Source: an uncultured Microthrixaceae bacterium
GTDB lineage: Bacteria; Actinomycetota; Acidimicrobiia; Acidimicrobiales; VFJN01
Length of the DNA stretch: 64,000 nucleotides
Direction: 5' to 3'
NCBI GenBank assembly: GCA_963846555.1
Contig: CAWJWI010000004.1
Location: forward strand, 2,043,616-2,107,615
The notes below the pieces were generated by a model, which did no database searches, was not told the origin of the DNA, and saw only the letters and a program-made list of their open reading frames with translations. Shown piece by piece: positions 49,290 to 60,440 of this stretch; within the stretch, counting starts at the first letter, position 1, and the number at the start of each line of letters is the position of its first letter. The position numbers were made by a program, and so were the translations under genes.

Positions 49290-49949
49290 TCAGGAGCGGG
49301 CGATCAGCCGTCGGGGCTGATCAGGGCGCAGGAGGCGCCGCCGGCGGCGCGGCCGGCGAGTTCCGCCGAGGTCGACGGGCGGGGCCTGCCCGAAGTCGAC
49401 GTCCACGGGGCCGCGGGCGTCGTCGTCGGCCTCGAAGTACTCGCGCTCGGTGAACTTGAACTGCGAGGCGATGGTGTTGGCCGGGAACGTCTGGATCTTC
49501 GTGTTGTACCGGACGACGGAGTCGTTGTAGTACTGCCGCGCGTAGGCGATGCGGCCCTCGGTGCCCGACAGCTCCTCCTGCAGGTTGAGGAAGTTCTGGT
49601 TGGCCTTGAGGTCGGGGTACGCCTCGGAGAGGGCGAACACGGACTTGAGCGCCCCGGTGATCATGTTCTCGGCCTCGGCCTGGTCGTGCGGGCCCGAGGC
49701 GGCCATGGCCATGTTGCGGGCCTGGATCACGGCCTCGAGCGTCTCGCGCTCGTGGGCGGCGTAGCCCTTGACCGTCTCGACGAGGTTCGGGATCAGGTCG
49801 TAGCGGCGCTTGAGCTGCACGTCGATCTGGGCCCAGGCGTTCTCGATCTTGTTCCGCAGGGTGACGAGGCCGTTGTACGTGACCATCACGTACAGGCCGA
49901 GGACGACCACGAGGGCCAAGAGGATCCAGATGATCAGCACGCCGTGCAC
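49290..49949 (-). CDS. lemA: LemA family protein
   Basis: TM helix LIIWILLALVVVLGLYV, then YNGLVTLRNKIENAWAQIDVQLKRRYDLIPNLVETVKGYAAHERETL and YPDLKANQNFLNLQEEL. It sits directly upstream of htpX, a common pairing. The exact start (GTG at 49949 or 49940) is uncertain. Confidence 0.78.
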   Translation of the reverse strand: MHGVLIIWILLALVVVLGLYVMVTYNGLVTLRNKIENAWAQIDVQLKRRYDLIPNLVETVKGYAAHERETLEAVIQARNMAMAASGPHDQAEAENMITGALKSVFALSEAYPDLKANQNFLNLQEELSGTEGRIAYARQYYNDSVVRYNTKIQTFPANTIASQFKFTEREYFEADDDARGPVDVDFGQAPPVDLGGTRRPRRRRRLLRPDQPRRLIARS

Positions 49950-50002
49950 TCCTCGTGTCGAAGGTGGGACCACTGTAGAGGGCGACGTGGCCGCCCCGGC
50001 CA

Positions 50003-51090
50003 TCACTGGGTCGAGGTCACCTGGGTGTAGATCGCCGACGTAGCGCTCGGCCAGCCGGACCATCGACAGCTCGTCGGCCCGGCGCCGTCCGCCCGGCCAC
50101 GAGCTCGTCGCGCAGCGCGCGGTCGTCGAGCACGCGACGCAGCGCCTTGGCGAGGGCGGCGGCGTCGCCCACCGGAGCAAGGAGGGCGTCGACGCCGTCC
50201 GTGGCCACGTTGCGGTGCCCGTCGAGGTCGGAGGCCACGAGCGCGCACCGCGACGCCATGGCCTCGAGCAGCACCATGCCGAAGCTCTCGCCCCGCACCG
50301 ACGGCGAGCAGTAGACCGTGCAGCCCCGCATGCGCGCGGCCCGCTCCTCGTCGCTGATGCGTCCGAGCCACTCGATGCGCGGATCGCCGGCGTGACGCTG
50401 GCGCAGCTCGGCCGACTGCGGGCCGTCGCCGCCGACCCACACGCGCACGTCGTCGGGGAGGTCGGCGAGGGCCGCGAGCAGCACGTCGAGGCCCTTGCGA
50501 GGCTCGTGGCGCCCGAGGAAGAAGATCGTCGGGGCCGTCGGTGGGATGGGCCGTCGCCCTCCGCGAAGCGCTCCACCTCGATGCCGTTGAAGAGCAGCTC
50601 GTAGGTGCCGCCCGAGGTGCGTCGCTGGCCAGCGCCTCGGCGTCAGGCGACACGGCCACTCGGTGGTCGAAGCCGCTTGGCCATCCGCCGCAGCCCCCAC
50701 CCGAGGTACCGGTAGGCGGCGCTCTCCCCCGCGGCGTGGAAGGTGCCCACGAGCGGGGCCCCTGCGAAGAGCAGCGCGGTCATCGTGGGACCGGGCGCGA
50801 TCGGCTCGTGCAGGTGCACGACGTCGAACCCCTCGTCGCGCAGGGCCCGGATGGTGCGCAGCTGGGCGGACGGGTCGGGGGCGATGGGGGCGACCGAGCC
50901 GTTGGCCGCGGTGGGCACGCTGCGACCGAGCGGCGTGACGCCGGCGTCGGGCGGCGGGCCGTCGCACGGTCCGAGCACGCGCACCTCGTGGCCGAGCGCG
51001 CGCAGCGACCGGGCCAGGCCCGAGCACCTGGCCCTGCACGCCCCCGGGGATGGTCAACGAGTAGGGACAGACCAGCCCGATGCGCACCAC
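50003..51090 (-). CDS. pimA: GT4 family glycosyltransferase, PimA-like phosphatidylinositol mannosyltransferase (5 or more frame interruptions)
   Basis: RIGLVCPYSLTIPGGVQGQV / LGHEVRVLGP...VVHLHEP...GTFHA / FFLGRHEPRKGLDVLL...VWVGGDGP...SPSVRGESFGMVLLEAMA. The gene order pgsA-acyltransferase-GT4 matches the actinobacterial PIM locus. Confidence 0.75.
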
Positions 51091-51097
51091 CCCAGCC

Positions 51098-51993
51098 TCA
51101 GGACGGACGCTGCGGTCGCTGGGCCAGTTGGGCTGGAGGAGGTGCCACTGCTCGGGGCCCTGCGGATGAGCACCTCGAGGGCCGTGGCCAGGTCCTGGGT
51201 GACGCGGTGCACGTCGTCGCGCAGCTCGCCGTGGCGGGTCGTGTCGAGGGCGGGCAGCAGGACGGCGTGCCGGGATGTCGGGCCCGTCGAAGTAGATGGC
51301 CGTGGGCACGATCGGCGCGCCGGTGCGCAGGGCGAGGGTGGCCGGGCCGCCGGGCAGCGTCGTGCGCTCGCCGAAGAACTCCACCTCGGGCCCGGTGCCC
51401 GCCAGGTCGCGGTCGCAGAGCAGGGCGAGGATGTGGTTGGCCTTCAGGGCCTCGCGCCGTGGCCGTGCCGGCGTCTGGCCCGAGCGGCCACGATCTCGAA
51501 GCCGAAGGAGCGGCGCAGCCCGACGAACCAGTCGAAGAGCGCCGGCGGCTCGAGCTGCTCGACCACGACGGTGACCGGGCAGGCCGCTTGCACCTGGGTG
51601 AGCCAGAACCCGGACCACTCCCAGCCGCCGAGGTGGGGCAGGGCCATGATGGCGCCGTTGCCTGCGTCGAGGGCGGCCTCGAGGTGCTCGTAGCCCTCGT
51701 GGGTGAACCCGGCGTCGAGGTCGGCGGCGCTCGTGCCGGGCAGCCGGAAGGACTCCTCGTAGTACCGGGCGTAGGACTCGAAGGTCTCGCGCACGAGCCG
51801 AGTCGAGCTCGGCATCGCTGCAGGGCGGGGTCGACGCGCCGCAGGTTGCGCTCGACCTGGGCTCGGCGCGGCCGCCGCGATGCGACCCGCCACCCGCCCG
51901 AGACCGCGGGCCGCGCCAGCCGCCACGGGCTTGGGGGCCAGGCGGGCCAGCGCGGCCGCGCGCCTTGTAGGCGGGCGTGACGAGGTCGACCAC
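51098..51993 (-). CDS. Lysophospholipid/lipid A-type acyltransferase, PIM acyltransferase-like (5 or more frame interruptions)
   Basis: Fragments read FESYARYYEESFRLP...GYEHLEAAL...GAIMALPHLGGWEW and ILALLCDRDLAGTGPEVEFFGERTTLPGGPATLALRTGAPIVP...PEQWHLLQPNW. It occupies the Rv2611c position between pgsA and pimA. Confidence 0.7.
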
Positions 51994-52013
51994 CGCCGCG
52001 ATCGAGGCCTGCG

Positions 52014-52699
52014 AGGGCTGGGCTAGCGGCGGCCGGCGCGGGCCTGGCGCCGCCAGCCCGCTCGGTGGGCCGGGCGGCCCGACGGGCCTTCCACCGACTG
52101 GCCGCGGGGGCGGGCCGGGCCACGGAGGCCTGCCGCCACACCTTCACGAAGCGCTGGACTGCGGTGATCAGCGTGAGGACCAGCATCCCCCAGAGGATCG
52201 GGATGAGGATGGAGTCGAACAGGAGGCCGACGCCGAGGGCGATGATGCGCTCGGCCCGCTCCATCAGGCCGCCCCGGGCGTCGAAGCCGAGCGACTCGGC
52301 CTTGGCCCGCTCGTAGGAGATGAGCATCGATGCGCCGAGGACGGCGAGCGGCAGGACGGCGATGCGCCCGGGATGGGTGGTGGAGAGGTGCCAGGCCACG
52401 CCGCCGAGGAGGAGCGCGTCGGTGACGCGGTCCGATACGGAGTCGAAGAAGGCGCCACGGGGGCCAGCCGTGCCCGAGGCCTTGGCCACGGCGCCGTCGA
52501 GCAGGTCGGGCAGCGCGCAGAGGACGAGCAGGAGCAGGCCGGCCCGCAGGGCGCCGTTGGCGATGGCGAGCGAGGCCGCCCCTGCGAGCACCACACCGCT
52601 GGCGGTGAGGTGGTCAGCGGTGATGCCGGTGCGGCGGATGTTCGCTCCGACAGGCTTGAGGCCCGCTTCGAAGCTGGACCGCCAGCGTCCGTCGAACAT
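52014..52699 (-). CDS. pgsA: CDP-alcohol phosphatidyltransferase (phosphatidylinositol phosphate synthase-like; 3' end frame uncertain)
   Basis: The ATG at 52697-52699 is preceded by GAGGGA. The CDP-alcohol motif is PDLLDGAVAKASGTAGPRGAFFDSVSDRVTD. In this sequence the frame reads on for >1.5 kb (ORF 51098..52846), so I infer the stop (TAG at 52014-52016 in a neighbouring frame). Confidence 0.75.
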
Positions 52700-52773
52700 G
52701 AGGGATCCCTCGGGGGTTAGGGGGCGAGAGTGCTTGCTCCAGGCTAACAGTCGATGCCCGGCGCTCCCCGGTT

Positions 52774-53700
52774 TCAACCGTCTCCCCTGCCCTGGACGTT
52801 CCAGTCCGCCGCCTCGGCAGCGATCCCCGCGAGGACGGCGGACCATCGCGGAAGCAGCAGGTGGTGGCCGGCATCAGGCACGACCTCGAGCACTCGCCGA
52901 GGCCAGCCGCGCGGCCAGCCAGCGCCCCACCTCGGGGGGTGACACGCCGTCGTCCACGCCGTGGAAGGTGCGCACCGGGCGCGGTCACCCGGGCCAGGTC
53001 CAGCCCGGGCTCGAGCTGGGCGACGAGCTCGTGCACCAGGCCGTCCCGACCCCCCGCCACGCAGGCCACGAGCGAGGTCGGCCAGGCGGTCGGCTGCCCC
53101 GGCCACCGCCGCCAGCTCGGCCCGGCCCCGCTCCCCCGCCGCCTCGAGGACGTGGTCGAGCGCGGTCACCGCGTCGAGGGGATCGGGCACGAGGTACGGC
53201 GCCATCTCCGCCGCCAGCTCCTCCGGGTCGAGGTCCGCCGGCCAGCTCGACGAAGGCTCGGCGGGACGGGCCGAGGGCAGCGACGCACGTCGCGGATCGG
53301 CGTAGGCCTCGACCGGCGGCACGGTGCCGACGAGGCGCACGGCGAGCACCCGCTCGCCCAGCCCTGAGGCCGCAGCCAGCGCGAAGAGCCCGCCTGCGGA
53401 CCAGCCGAGCACCACCGCCCGTTCGATGTCGAGGTCGTCGAGGACGTGGCCGAGGTCGACGCCGAACGAGCCCAGGGTGCCCGCGGGGTCGTGGTCGCTG
53501 GCCCCGCAGCCGGGCCGGTCGACGGCGACGAGGCGCACACCAGCAGCCGCGGCCAGCCCGTCGTCGGGATGGCGGGCCAGCCGGGAGTCGGGCGTGCCGT
53601 GGAGGTAGACGACGGGCAGCCCCGTCGGGTCACCCACGTCGTCGACGGCGAGGATGCGCCCGTCGGGCAGCCGGACCGAGTCGGGGCGCCTCCACCAGCA
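52774..53700 (-). CDS. Alpha/beta hydrolase (2-3 frame interruptions)
   Basis: VVYLHGTPDSRL, VAVDRPGCGASD, the nucleophile elbow VVLGWSAGG and, near the C-terminus, VLEVVPDAGHHLLL. The start is approximate. Confidence 0.65.
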   Translation of the reverse strand, partial: CWWRRPDSVRLPDGRILAVDDVGDPTGLPVVYLHGTPDSRLARHPDDGLAAAAGVRLVAVDRPGCGASDHDPAGTLGSFGVDLGHVLDDLDIERAVVLGWSAGGLFALAAASGLGERVLAVRLVGTVPPVEAYADPRRASLPSARPAEPSSSWPADLDPEELAAEMAPYLVPDPLDAVTALDHVLEAAGERGRAELAAVAGAADRLADLARGLRGGGSGRPGARARRPARARAGPGPGDRARCAPSTAWTTACHPPRWGAGWPRGWPRRVLEVVPDAGHHLLLPRWSAVLAGIAAEAADWNVQGRGDG

Positions 53701-53740
53701 CACGGTAGGTCGCAGGGATACCCTGCCGGACACTCGCCCG

Positions 53741-55834
53741 ATGAACGCGAGGGGGACCCGCGTGCAGCTCTTGTCCATCCGAGAAGATCCGCAACGTCGC
53801 CTTGGTCGGCCACGGGGGCGCCGGCAAGACGACGCTGGCCGAGGCCCTGCTGCACCGGGCCGGCGCCATCAACCGGCTGGGGCGGGTGGAGGACGGCACG
53901 ACCGTCTGCGACCACGACCCCGAGGAGCAGCGTCGGGGCCTCTCGCTGTCGCTCGCCGTCGCACCGTTCGAGTGGAAGGGCCACAAGGTCAACCTCGTCG
54001 ACACCCCCGGCTACGCCGACTTCATGGGCGACGTGGCTGCCGCCCTGCGGGTCGTCGACCTGGCCGTGTTCGTGGTGTCCGCCGTCGACGGCGTCGAGGT
54101 GCAGACCGAGGCCATCTGGCGGGAGGCGGCCCGGCTCGGCGTTCCCCGCATGATCTTCATCAACAAGCTCGACCGGGAGCGGGCCAGCTTCGAGCGCACG
54201 CTCGACCAGCTCCGCGACCGGCTCGGCGCGGGCGTGGCGCCCCTCGAGCTGCCCATCGGCGAGGAGGCCGACTTCCGTGGCATCGCCGACCTGCTCACCG
54301 ACACGGCCCACGTCTACGAGGGCGGCGTGCCCCGCACGGAGCCCATCCCCGACGACATGGAGGCCCTCGAGCACCAGGTCCACGACAACCTCGTGGAGGG
54401 CATCGTGGTGGCCGAGGATGCCCTCCTCGAGCGCTACCTCGAGGGTGACGTCCCGACGCTCGACGAGCTCGAGCACGCCCTGACGCTCGGCATCGAGGCG
54501 GCGAGCGTGTTCCCGGTGGTCTGCGGATCGGCGACGGGCGAGGTCGGGATCGACCGCCTGGCCGACTTCCTCGTCGAGATCGGTCCGCCCGCCGGCCGAC
54601 CGCCCCACCACCGTCACGGCCGGCGACATCGAGGTGGAGTGCCCGCCGACCCCGCGGGCGACCCGCTCGCCGTTCGTGTTCAAGACGATCGCCGATCCGT
54701 TCGTCGGCCAGCTCTCGCTGTTCAAGGTGCTGTCGGGCACGATCCGCAACGACGATCACCTCGTCAACAGCCGCACCGGCGCCGACGAGCGCCTGCACGG
54801 CCTGTTCGTCGTGCGGGGGCAAGGACCACGAGCCAGCCGACGCCCTGGCTGCCGGCGACATCGGCGGCGTGGCCAAGCTGGTCGGCACGGCCACCGGCGA
54901 CACGCTCGCCGCCACGGGCACGCCCGGTGGCGGTCCCGCCGATCGAGCAGCCTCCGGCGGTGCTGTCGATGGCGGTGGTGCCCGAAGACGCAGGCCGACG
55001 ACGACAAGCTGGCCACCGCCCTCCACCGCCTCCAGGAGGAGGACCCGGGCCTCGTGGTCGACCGCGACGAGGAGACGCACCAGACGATCCTGCGGGGCGT
55101 CGGCGAGACGCACCTCGCGATCGCCCTGGAGAAGCTGGAGCGCAAGTTCGGCGTGAGGGTCACCACCGAAGACGTGCGGGTGCGCTATCGGGAGACGATC
55201 ACCGAGCCGGCCGAGGCCGAGGGCCGGCACAAGAAGCAGTCCGGCGGCCACGGCCAGTTCGCGGTGGCGAGCATCCGGGTCGAGCCGCTCGAGCGGGGCG
55301 CGGGCTTCGAGTTCGTGGACAAGATCGTCGGCGGGGCCATCAGCCGGAGCTACATCCCGGCCGTGCGAGCGCGGCGTCGCGGAGACCATGGCCCATGGAG
55401 GCGTGAACGGCCATCCCGTCGTCGACGTGCGGGTGACGCTCGCTCGACGGCAAGGAGCACAGCGTCGACAGCTCGGAGATGGCGTTCCGCATCGCCGGGC
55501 GCCTCGCCTTCCGGGCAGGCCATGGCCCAGGCCGGCCCGGTCGTGCTCGAGCCGATCTCCCGGGTCGACGTCACCGTGCCCTCGGACCTGCTCGGCGACG
55601 TGATGGGCGACCTCAACGCCCGCCGTGGCCGAGTGCAGGGCACCGAGCCCGGCGACGCGGGCGAGCAGGTCGTCTACGCCGTCGTGCCCGAGAGCGAGCT
55701 GCTGCGCTACGCCATCGAGCTGCGGTCGCTCACCGGCGGCCGGGGACGGTTCCGGGCCGAGCACGACCACTACGACGTCGGTTCCCGCCCACCTCGTCGA
55801 GGCCATCCGCCGCGCGGTGCACGAGGCAGACTGA
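53741..55834 (+). CDS. Elongation factor G-like GTPase (EF-G2-type paralogue; 6 or more frame interruptions)
   Basis: G1 is IRNVALVGHGGAGKTTL, G3 is LVDTPGYADF (Tyr where canonical EF-G has His) and G4 is FINKLD. Domains II-V follow (FVFKTIADPFVGQLSLFKVLSG, DDDKLATALHRLQEEDP, GETHLAIALEKLERKFGV, KKQSGGHGQF, VVLEPI...GDVMGDLNARRG, LRYAIELRSLTGGRG). The total is 698 codons. Confidence 0.8.
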
Positions 55835-55838
55835 CCGG

Positions 55839-56344
55839 GTGGCCGATCCGACCCCCCGTCTGACGCCGTCGTCGCCCTTCGCTCGCTCGGCCGCCGCTAC
55901 CGAGGCCTCTTCGCCGGCCTCGGCGACGACGAGTCGCCCGACGACCTGGCCCACCGCAACGGGGCCGACGGCCGCTCGGCCCTCGACCACGTCGTGGCCG
56001 CCACCCGCACGATCACCTTCCTCGGGCGGGCGCTGCGAGCAGGTCGCTCGTCGACGACGACGCCGTCCTGCACCCGGCCGTGACCGACGCAGCCCAGCGC
56101 GAATGGCCCGACGCCGACGGGCACCGTCGACGAGCGCGCGTCGACGAGCTGGCGCGGGCAGGCGGACGACCTCGCCGACCAGGCGGCCAACGTGGCCGCC
56201 GGCGAGTGGGGCCGCGACGGCCCGCGTCGCCGGCCACGACGCCACGGTCTCCGCCGCTGGACGTCCTCTGGGACGCTGTCGACACCGCCGTCGGCCCACC
56301 TCAAGGCCGCCGAGCAGACCCTGGCCCAGGTCCGCGGCCGCTGA
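55839..56344 (+). CDS. Hypothetical protein (about 3 frame interruptions)
   Basis: Stitched reading: MADPTPRL / DAVVALRSLGRRYRGLFAGLGDDESPDDLAHRNGADGRSALDHVVAATRTITFLGRAL / VDDDAVLHPAVTDAAQREWPDADG / ...DVLWDAVDTAV / AHLKAAEQTLAQVRGR*. It is helical and I recognise no family with confidence. Confidence 0.4.
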
Positions 56345-56353
56345 GCACCCCTG

Positions 56354-56402
56354 GTTCTGTGCGCACACAGCCCCGCCGTGCGGGGCTGTGTGCGCACAGA
56401 AC
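56354..56402. repeat. Palindromic repeat, solo copy (perfect 23-bp stem, 3-nt loop) between convergent genes
   Basis: GTTCTGTGCGCACACAGCCCCGC-CGT-GCGGGGCTGTGTGCGCACAGAAC. It belongs to the same family as 16844-16893 and 17842-17891. It lies 10 nt after the plus-strand stop (56342-56344) and 8 nt before the minus-strand stop (56411-56413). Confidence 0.9.
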
Positions 56403-56410
56403 CCGTGAGG

Positions 56411-56925
56411 TCAGGTCAGGTCGGACCAGTCCTCGGGGTTGTCCTCGGTGAAGTGGGCGACGATCTCACCGTCGACGCCGTCGACGAGCACGAGGCCCCG
56501 GGTCCTGGGCGGATCCTCCGCCGAGTAGAGCAGGATGCGCCAGGTGGGCCGGCTGCGGAGGCCGCGCCAGCCGAGCTGGGCCGAGGCGTGGCCGACGGCG
56601 AAGCCGACCTCGCGGGTGGCGGCCACGAGGGCGTCGCGCTCGTCGACGTCGAGGTCCCAGCCCGCGACGAGGTGGTAGGCGCCGAGCAGCACGAGCAGGA
56701 CCCCGGCGAACGAGGAAGCCGCCGTTGACGAGCACGCCGTCGCCCTGGCCGGTGAGCGGCCCACGCCGCGATGCAGCCGGCGCCGCCGAACGAGGTAGAG
56801 GTAGCCGGGGATGCGGCGGCGGTTGTTGTTCGGGAAGACGTAGGGGCCGACGTACGCCGGCGGCGTTCAGGTCGTCGGGCAGCTCGTCGCGGACCTCGGC
56901 GTCGCTCGTGGGTGTCGTCGGCCAT
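56411..56925 (-). CDS. Hypothetical two-TM membrane protein with a soluble C-terminal domain (4 or more frame interruptions)
   Basis: Stitched reading: MADDTH / SDAEVRDELPDDLNAAG / YVGPYVFPNNNRRRIPGYLYLV / FGGAGCIAAWAAH / ...FAGVLLVLLGAYHLVAGWDLDVDERDALVAATREVGFAVGHASAQLGWRGLRSRPTWRILLYSAEDPPRTRGLVLVDGVDGEIVAHFTEDNPEDWSDLT*. Confidence 0.45.
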
Positions 56926-56955
56926 CGCGAGCGCCGACGGTACTGGCGGGCGCGC

Positions 56956-57488
56956 TCAGGCAGGCCAGGCGGCCCGCAGGCGCGTCGGCCGCCTCGCTCG
57001 AGGCTGACCGGCAGGACGCGGGTCTCGGCGGCGACGGCGATGAAGTTGGCGTCGCCCTCCCAGCGCGGCACGCAGTGCACGTGGAGGTGGTCGGACTGCG
57101 AGCCCCCGGCGGCCGCCCCGAGGTTCAGCCCGACGTTGACCGCGTCGCAGCGCGAACGCCGCCTTCAGCGCCACGACCGCCGCGCGCACCGCCGCCCACA
57201 GCTCGGCGTGCTCGTCGTCGGTGAGGTCCTCGAGCTCGGCCACCGCCCGGCTGCGGCAGCACCATGAGGTGGCCGGCGGTGTACGGGTAGAGGTTCAGGA
57301 GCGCGAAGCAGGTCGCGCCCCGCCAGAGCACCCCGGCGGCCTCGTCGCCCTCCTCGTCGGCGCCGGCGAGGATCCGCTCGAAGAGCGTGCGGCCCGCCGG
57401 CCTCCTCGGGCGTCGGGATGGTGCGCGTGTCGACGATGCGGCCGACGTAGGCCGAGCGCCAGGTGGCCCAGAGGTGGTCGAGCGGCAC
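56956..57488 (-). CDS. HIT family nucleotide hydrolase/phosphorylase (Rv2613c-like; 4 or more frame interruptions)
   Basis: [14 protein letters not shown] / [10 protein letters not shown]...[26 protein letters not shown] / [30 protein letters not shown] / [26 protein letters not shown] (HxHxH motif). It lies directly downstream of thrS, as in mycobacteria. Confidence 0.75.
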
Positions 57489-57491
57489 GGG

Positions 57492-59520
57492 TCAGGCCTT
57501 GGCCACGACCTCGGCGGCCAGCCGCTCGACGAAGGCGTCGACGTGCGACGTCTCGCTCGGGCTGGTCGGCGCCGCGGGCGTTGACGCCCACGGTGCCGGC
57601 CTCGACGTCGCTGTCGCCCACCACGAGGATGTACGGCAGCTTCTCCAGCTTGGCCTTGCGGATGCGGCGCGCCGAGCGGCTCGTCGGCCTCGACGAGGGA
57701 CGGCGCGGAAGCCGTCGGCCTGCAGCCGGTCGACGACGCGGGCCGCGTAGGCGTGGTGGTCGCTGCGCACCGGCAGCACCCGCACCTGCTCGGGCGACGA
57801 GCCAGGCCGGGAAGGCGCCGGCGTAGTGCTCGACGAGCACGCCGAAGAAGCGCTCGATCGACCCGAACAGGGCGCGGTGGATCATGATCGGCCGGTGCCG
57901 CTCGTTGTCGGCGCCGACGTACTCGATCTCGAAGCGCTGCGGCGTCTGGAAGTCGAGCTGGATCGTCGACATCTGCCACGTGCGACCGATGGCGTCGCGG
58001 GCCTGCACGGAGATCTTCGGCCCGTAGAACGCACCGCCGCCCTCGTCGAGCACGAGCTCGAGGTCCTTGGTCGGACGCCACCTGGCGGAGCGCCTCAGTG
58101 GCCTCCTCCCACTCCTCGTCGGTGCCGACCGCCTTGCCCGGGGGCTTGGTGGAGAGCTCGAGGTAGAAGTCGTCGAGGCCGTAGTCGGCGAGCAGGCCGA
58201 GGACGAAGTCGAGCAGCGAGGCGAGCTCCTCGCCCATCTGCTCCTTGGTCGTGAAGATGTGGGCGTCGTCCTGCGTCATGCCGCGCACCCGCGTGAGGCC
58301 GTGGATCACGCCGCTCTTCTCGTAGCGGTACACGGTGCCGAACTCGAAGAGCCGCAGCGGCAGCTCCCGGTAGCTGCGCAGCCGCGAGCGGAAGATCAGG
58401 CACGTGGAACGGGCAGTTCATCGGCTTCAGGTAGTAGTCCTGGCCCCCCTCGCCACCCTCGTCGTCGAAGTGGATCGGCGGGAACATGCCGTCGGCGAAC
58501 CAGTCGAGGTGCCCGGAGGTCTCGAACAGGCCCGCCTTGGTGATGTGGGGCGAGTTGACGAACTCGTAGCCCGCCTCCTCGTGGCGCTGGCGCGAGTAGT
58601 CCTCCATGAGGCGGCGCACGAGGCCGCCCTTGGGGTGGAACACGGCCAGCCCGGAGCCGATCTCGTCGGGGAAGCTGAACAGGTCGAGCTCCACGCCGAG
58701 CTTGCGGTGGTCGCGCTTGGCCGCCTCCTCGAGGCGGTGCGAGGTGCTCCTCGAGGGCCTTCTTCGAGTCCCACGCCGTGCCGTAGATGCGCTGCAGCTG
58801 CGGGTTGCTTCTCGTCGCCCCGCCAGTAGGCGCCGGCGACCCGCATCAGCTTGAAGTGACCGAGGTGGTGCTCCGTGTCGGGCACGTGCGGGCCTCGGCA
58901 CAGGTCGATGAAGCCGGGGTAGCCGGCGAAGGGCGGCGCCGTCCTTGGGCGACGGCGGCGGGTTCTCGTAGGTGCGCACCGACTCGGACGGCCGACGTGG
59001 CCGACATCGGGTCGGTGCTGGCGTCGTCGATGATCTCGAGCTTGTAGCGGTGGCCGGCGAAGATCTCGCGGGCCTCGTCGGCGGAGAGCTCGTCGCGGAC
59101 GAACGGCTGGGACTCGGCGATGATCTCGCGCATCCGCGCCTCGATGCGCTCGAGGTCGTCCTCCACGGAACGCGCCGCCGTCGGGCAGCTCGAAGTCGTA
59201 GTAGAAGCCGTCCTCCACGGGCGGACCGATGCCGAAGGTGGCCCCGGGGAAGAGGTCGAGCACGGCCTGGGCCAGCACGTGGGCCGTCGAGTGACGGATC
59301 GTGAACAGGCCCGCGGTCGCTGTCGCCGGTGACGATCGCCACCTCGTCGCCGTCCGCGAGCGGCGTGGCGAGGTCGCGCTCCTCGCCGTTCACGACCGCG
59401 ATCACGGCCGCCTTGGCCAGCCGGGACCCGATCGACGTCGGCCAGGTCGGCCGCGGTGGTGCCGGCGGCCAACGCACGCGTCGAACCGTCGGGCAACCTG
59501 ATCGCGATCTCGTCGGCCAT
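57492..59520 (-). CDS. thrS: Threonine--tRNA ligase (about 10 or more frame interruptions)
   Basis: Fragments over three frames carry the TGS start [13 protein letters not shown], then [105 protein letters not shown] and the anticodon-binding end [11 protein letters not shown]. Confidence 0.88.
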
Positions 59521-59576
59521 GGGGCCGGAGGGTACCGGAGCCGGCGTCCGGGCTCAGGAACCCGATCCGGCTGACC

Positions 59577-60409
59577 TCAGGCCCACTTCGAGAGCACGTC
59601 GGCGCTGGAGCGCCGGGGTTGCTCGCTGGTGTCATCGGGGCCGTCGCCATTGGTGCTGGGCCGCTCGCCGCCGATCGCGACGACGTTCGTCGACTCCGCG
59701 GACGGGAAGCTCTCGGCCTTCTTGGTGGCGTACTCGTCGACGTACTCCTGGCCCGTGAGGTCCCGGATCTCGAACATCACCTCGTCGATGATCTGGCGGA
59801 GCACGCATCCGGTCGTCGGCCCGCTCGGCGTAGCGGGTCACGTCGATCGGGCGCCCGAAGCGGACCTCGGCCGGCTTGAACGGCTTCGGCATCTTGGCTT
59901 CGGGCGGCTGGATCTCACGGGTGCCGATGATCCCGACGGGCACGATCGGCGTCGCCCGTGCGCAGGGCCAGGCGGGCCGGGCCGGTGTGGCCGCGGTGGA
60001 GCCGGCCGTCGCGGGCCCGGGTGCCCTCGGGGTAGATGCCGAAGAACCCGCCCGTCCTCGAGGACGCGGGCCGCCGTGTTGAGGGCCCGCTCGGCTGCGC
60101 TGCCGCCGCTGCGGTCGATCGGGATCATGCCGAGGGCGGGGAAGAGGCTGCTTGCGTCTTCCACGAGTCCATGTACTCGGCCTTGCCCACGAACTTGATC
60201 TGCCGGGGCAGCACGAGGGGCAGGAAGAACGAGTCGATCACCGAGGTGTGGTTGGGGCAGAAGATGGCCCCGCCCTCGGTGGGGACGTTCTCGAGCCCCT
60301 GGACGTCGACCTTCCAGAGGGTCTTGAACAGCGGGCTCAGGACGGCTCGGGCCACGGGGTACAGCCGGCCGACGCCCTCTCCCTTGGTGACGTCCTCGGT
60401 GCCTCCCAC
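59577..60409 (-). CDS. plsC: 1-acyl-sn-glycerol-3-phosphate acyltransferase (about 4 frame interruptions)
   Basis: [11 protein letters not shown] (NHx4D), [15 protein letters not shown], (Y)PEGTR context and [10 protein letters not shown]. It has an acidic/disordered C-terminal tail. The GTG start at 60407-60409 is an estimate. Confidence 0.75.
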
Positions 60410-60440
60410 GGGGCGGAGTCTTGCAGGGGGGAACCTCCTG

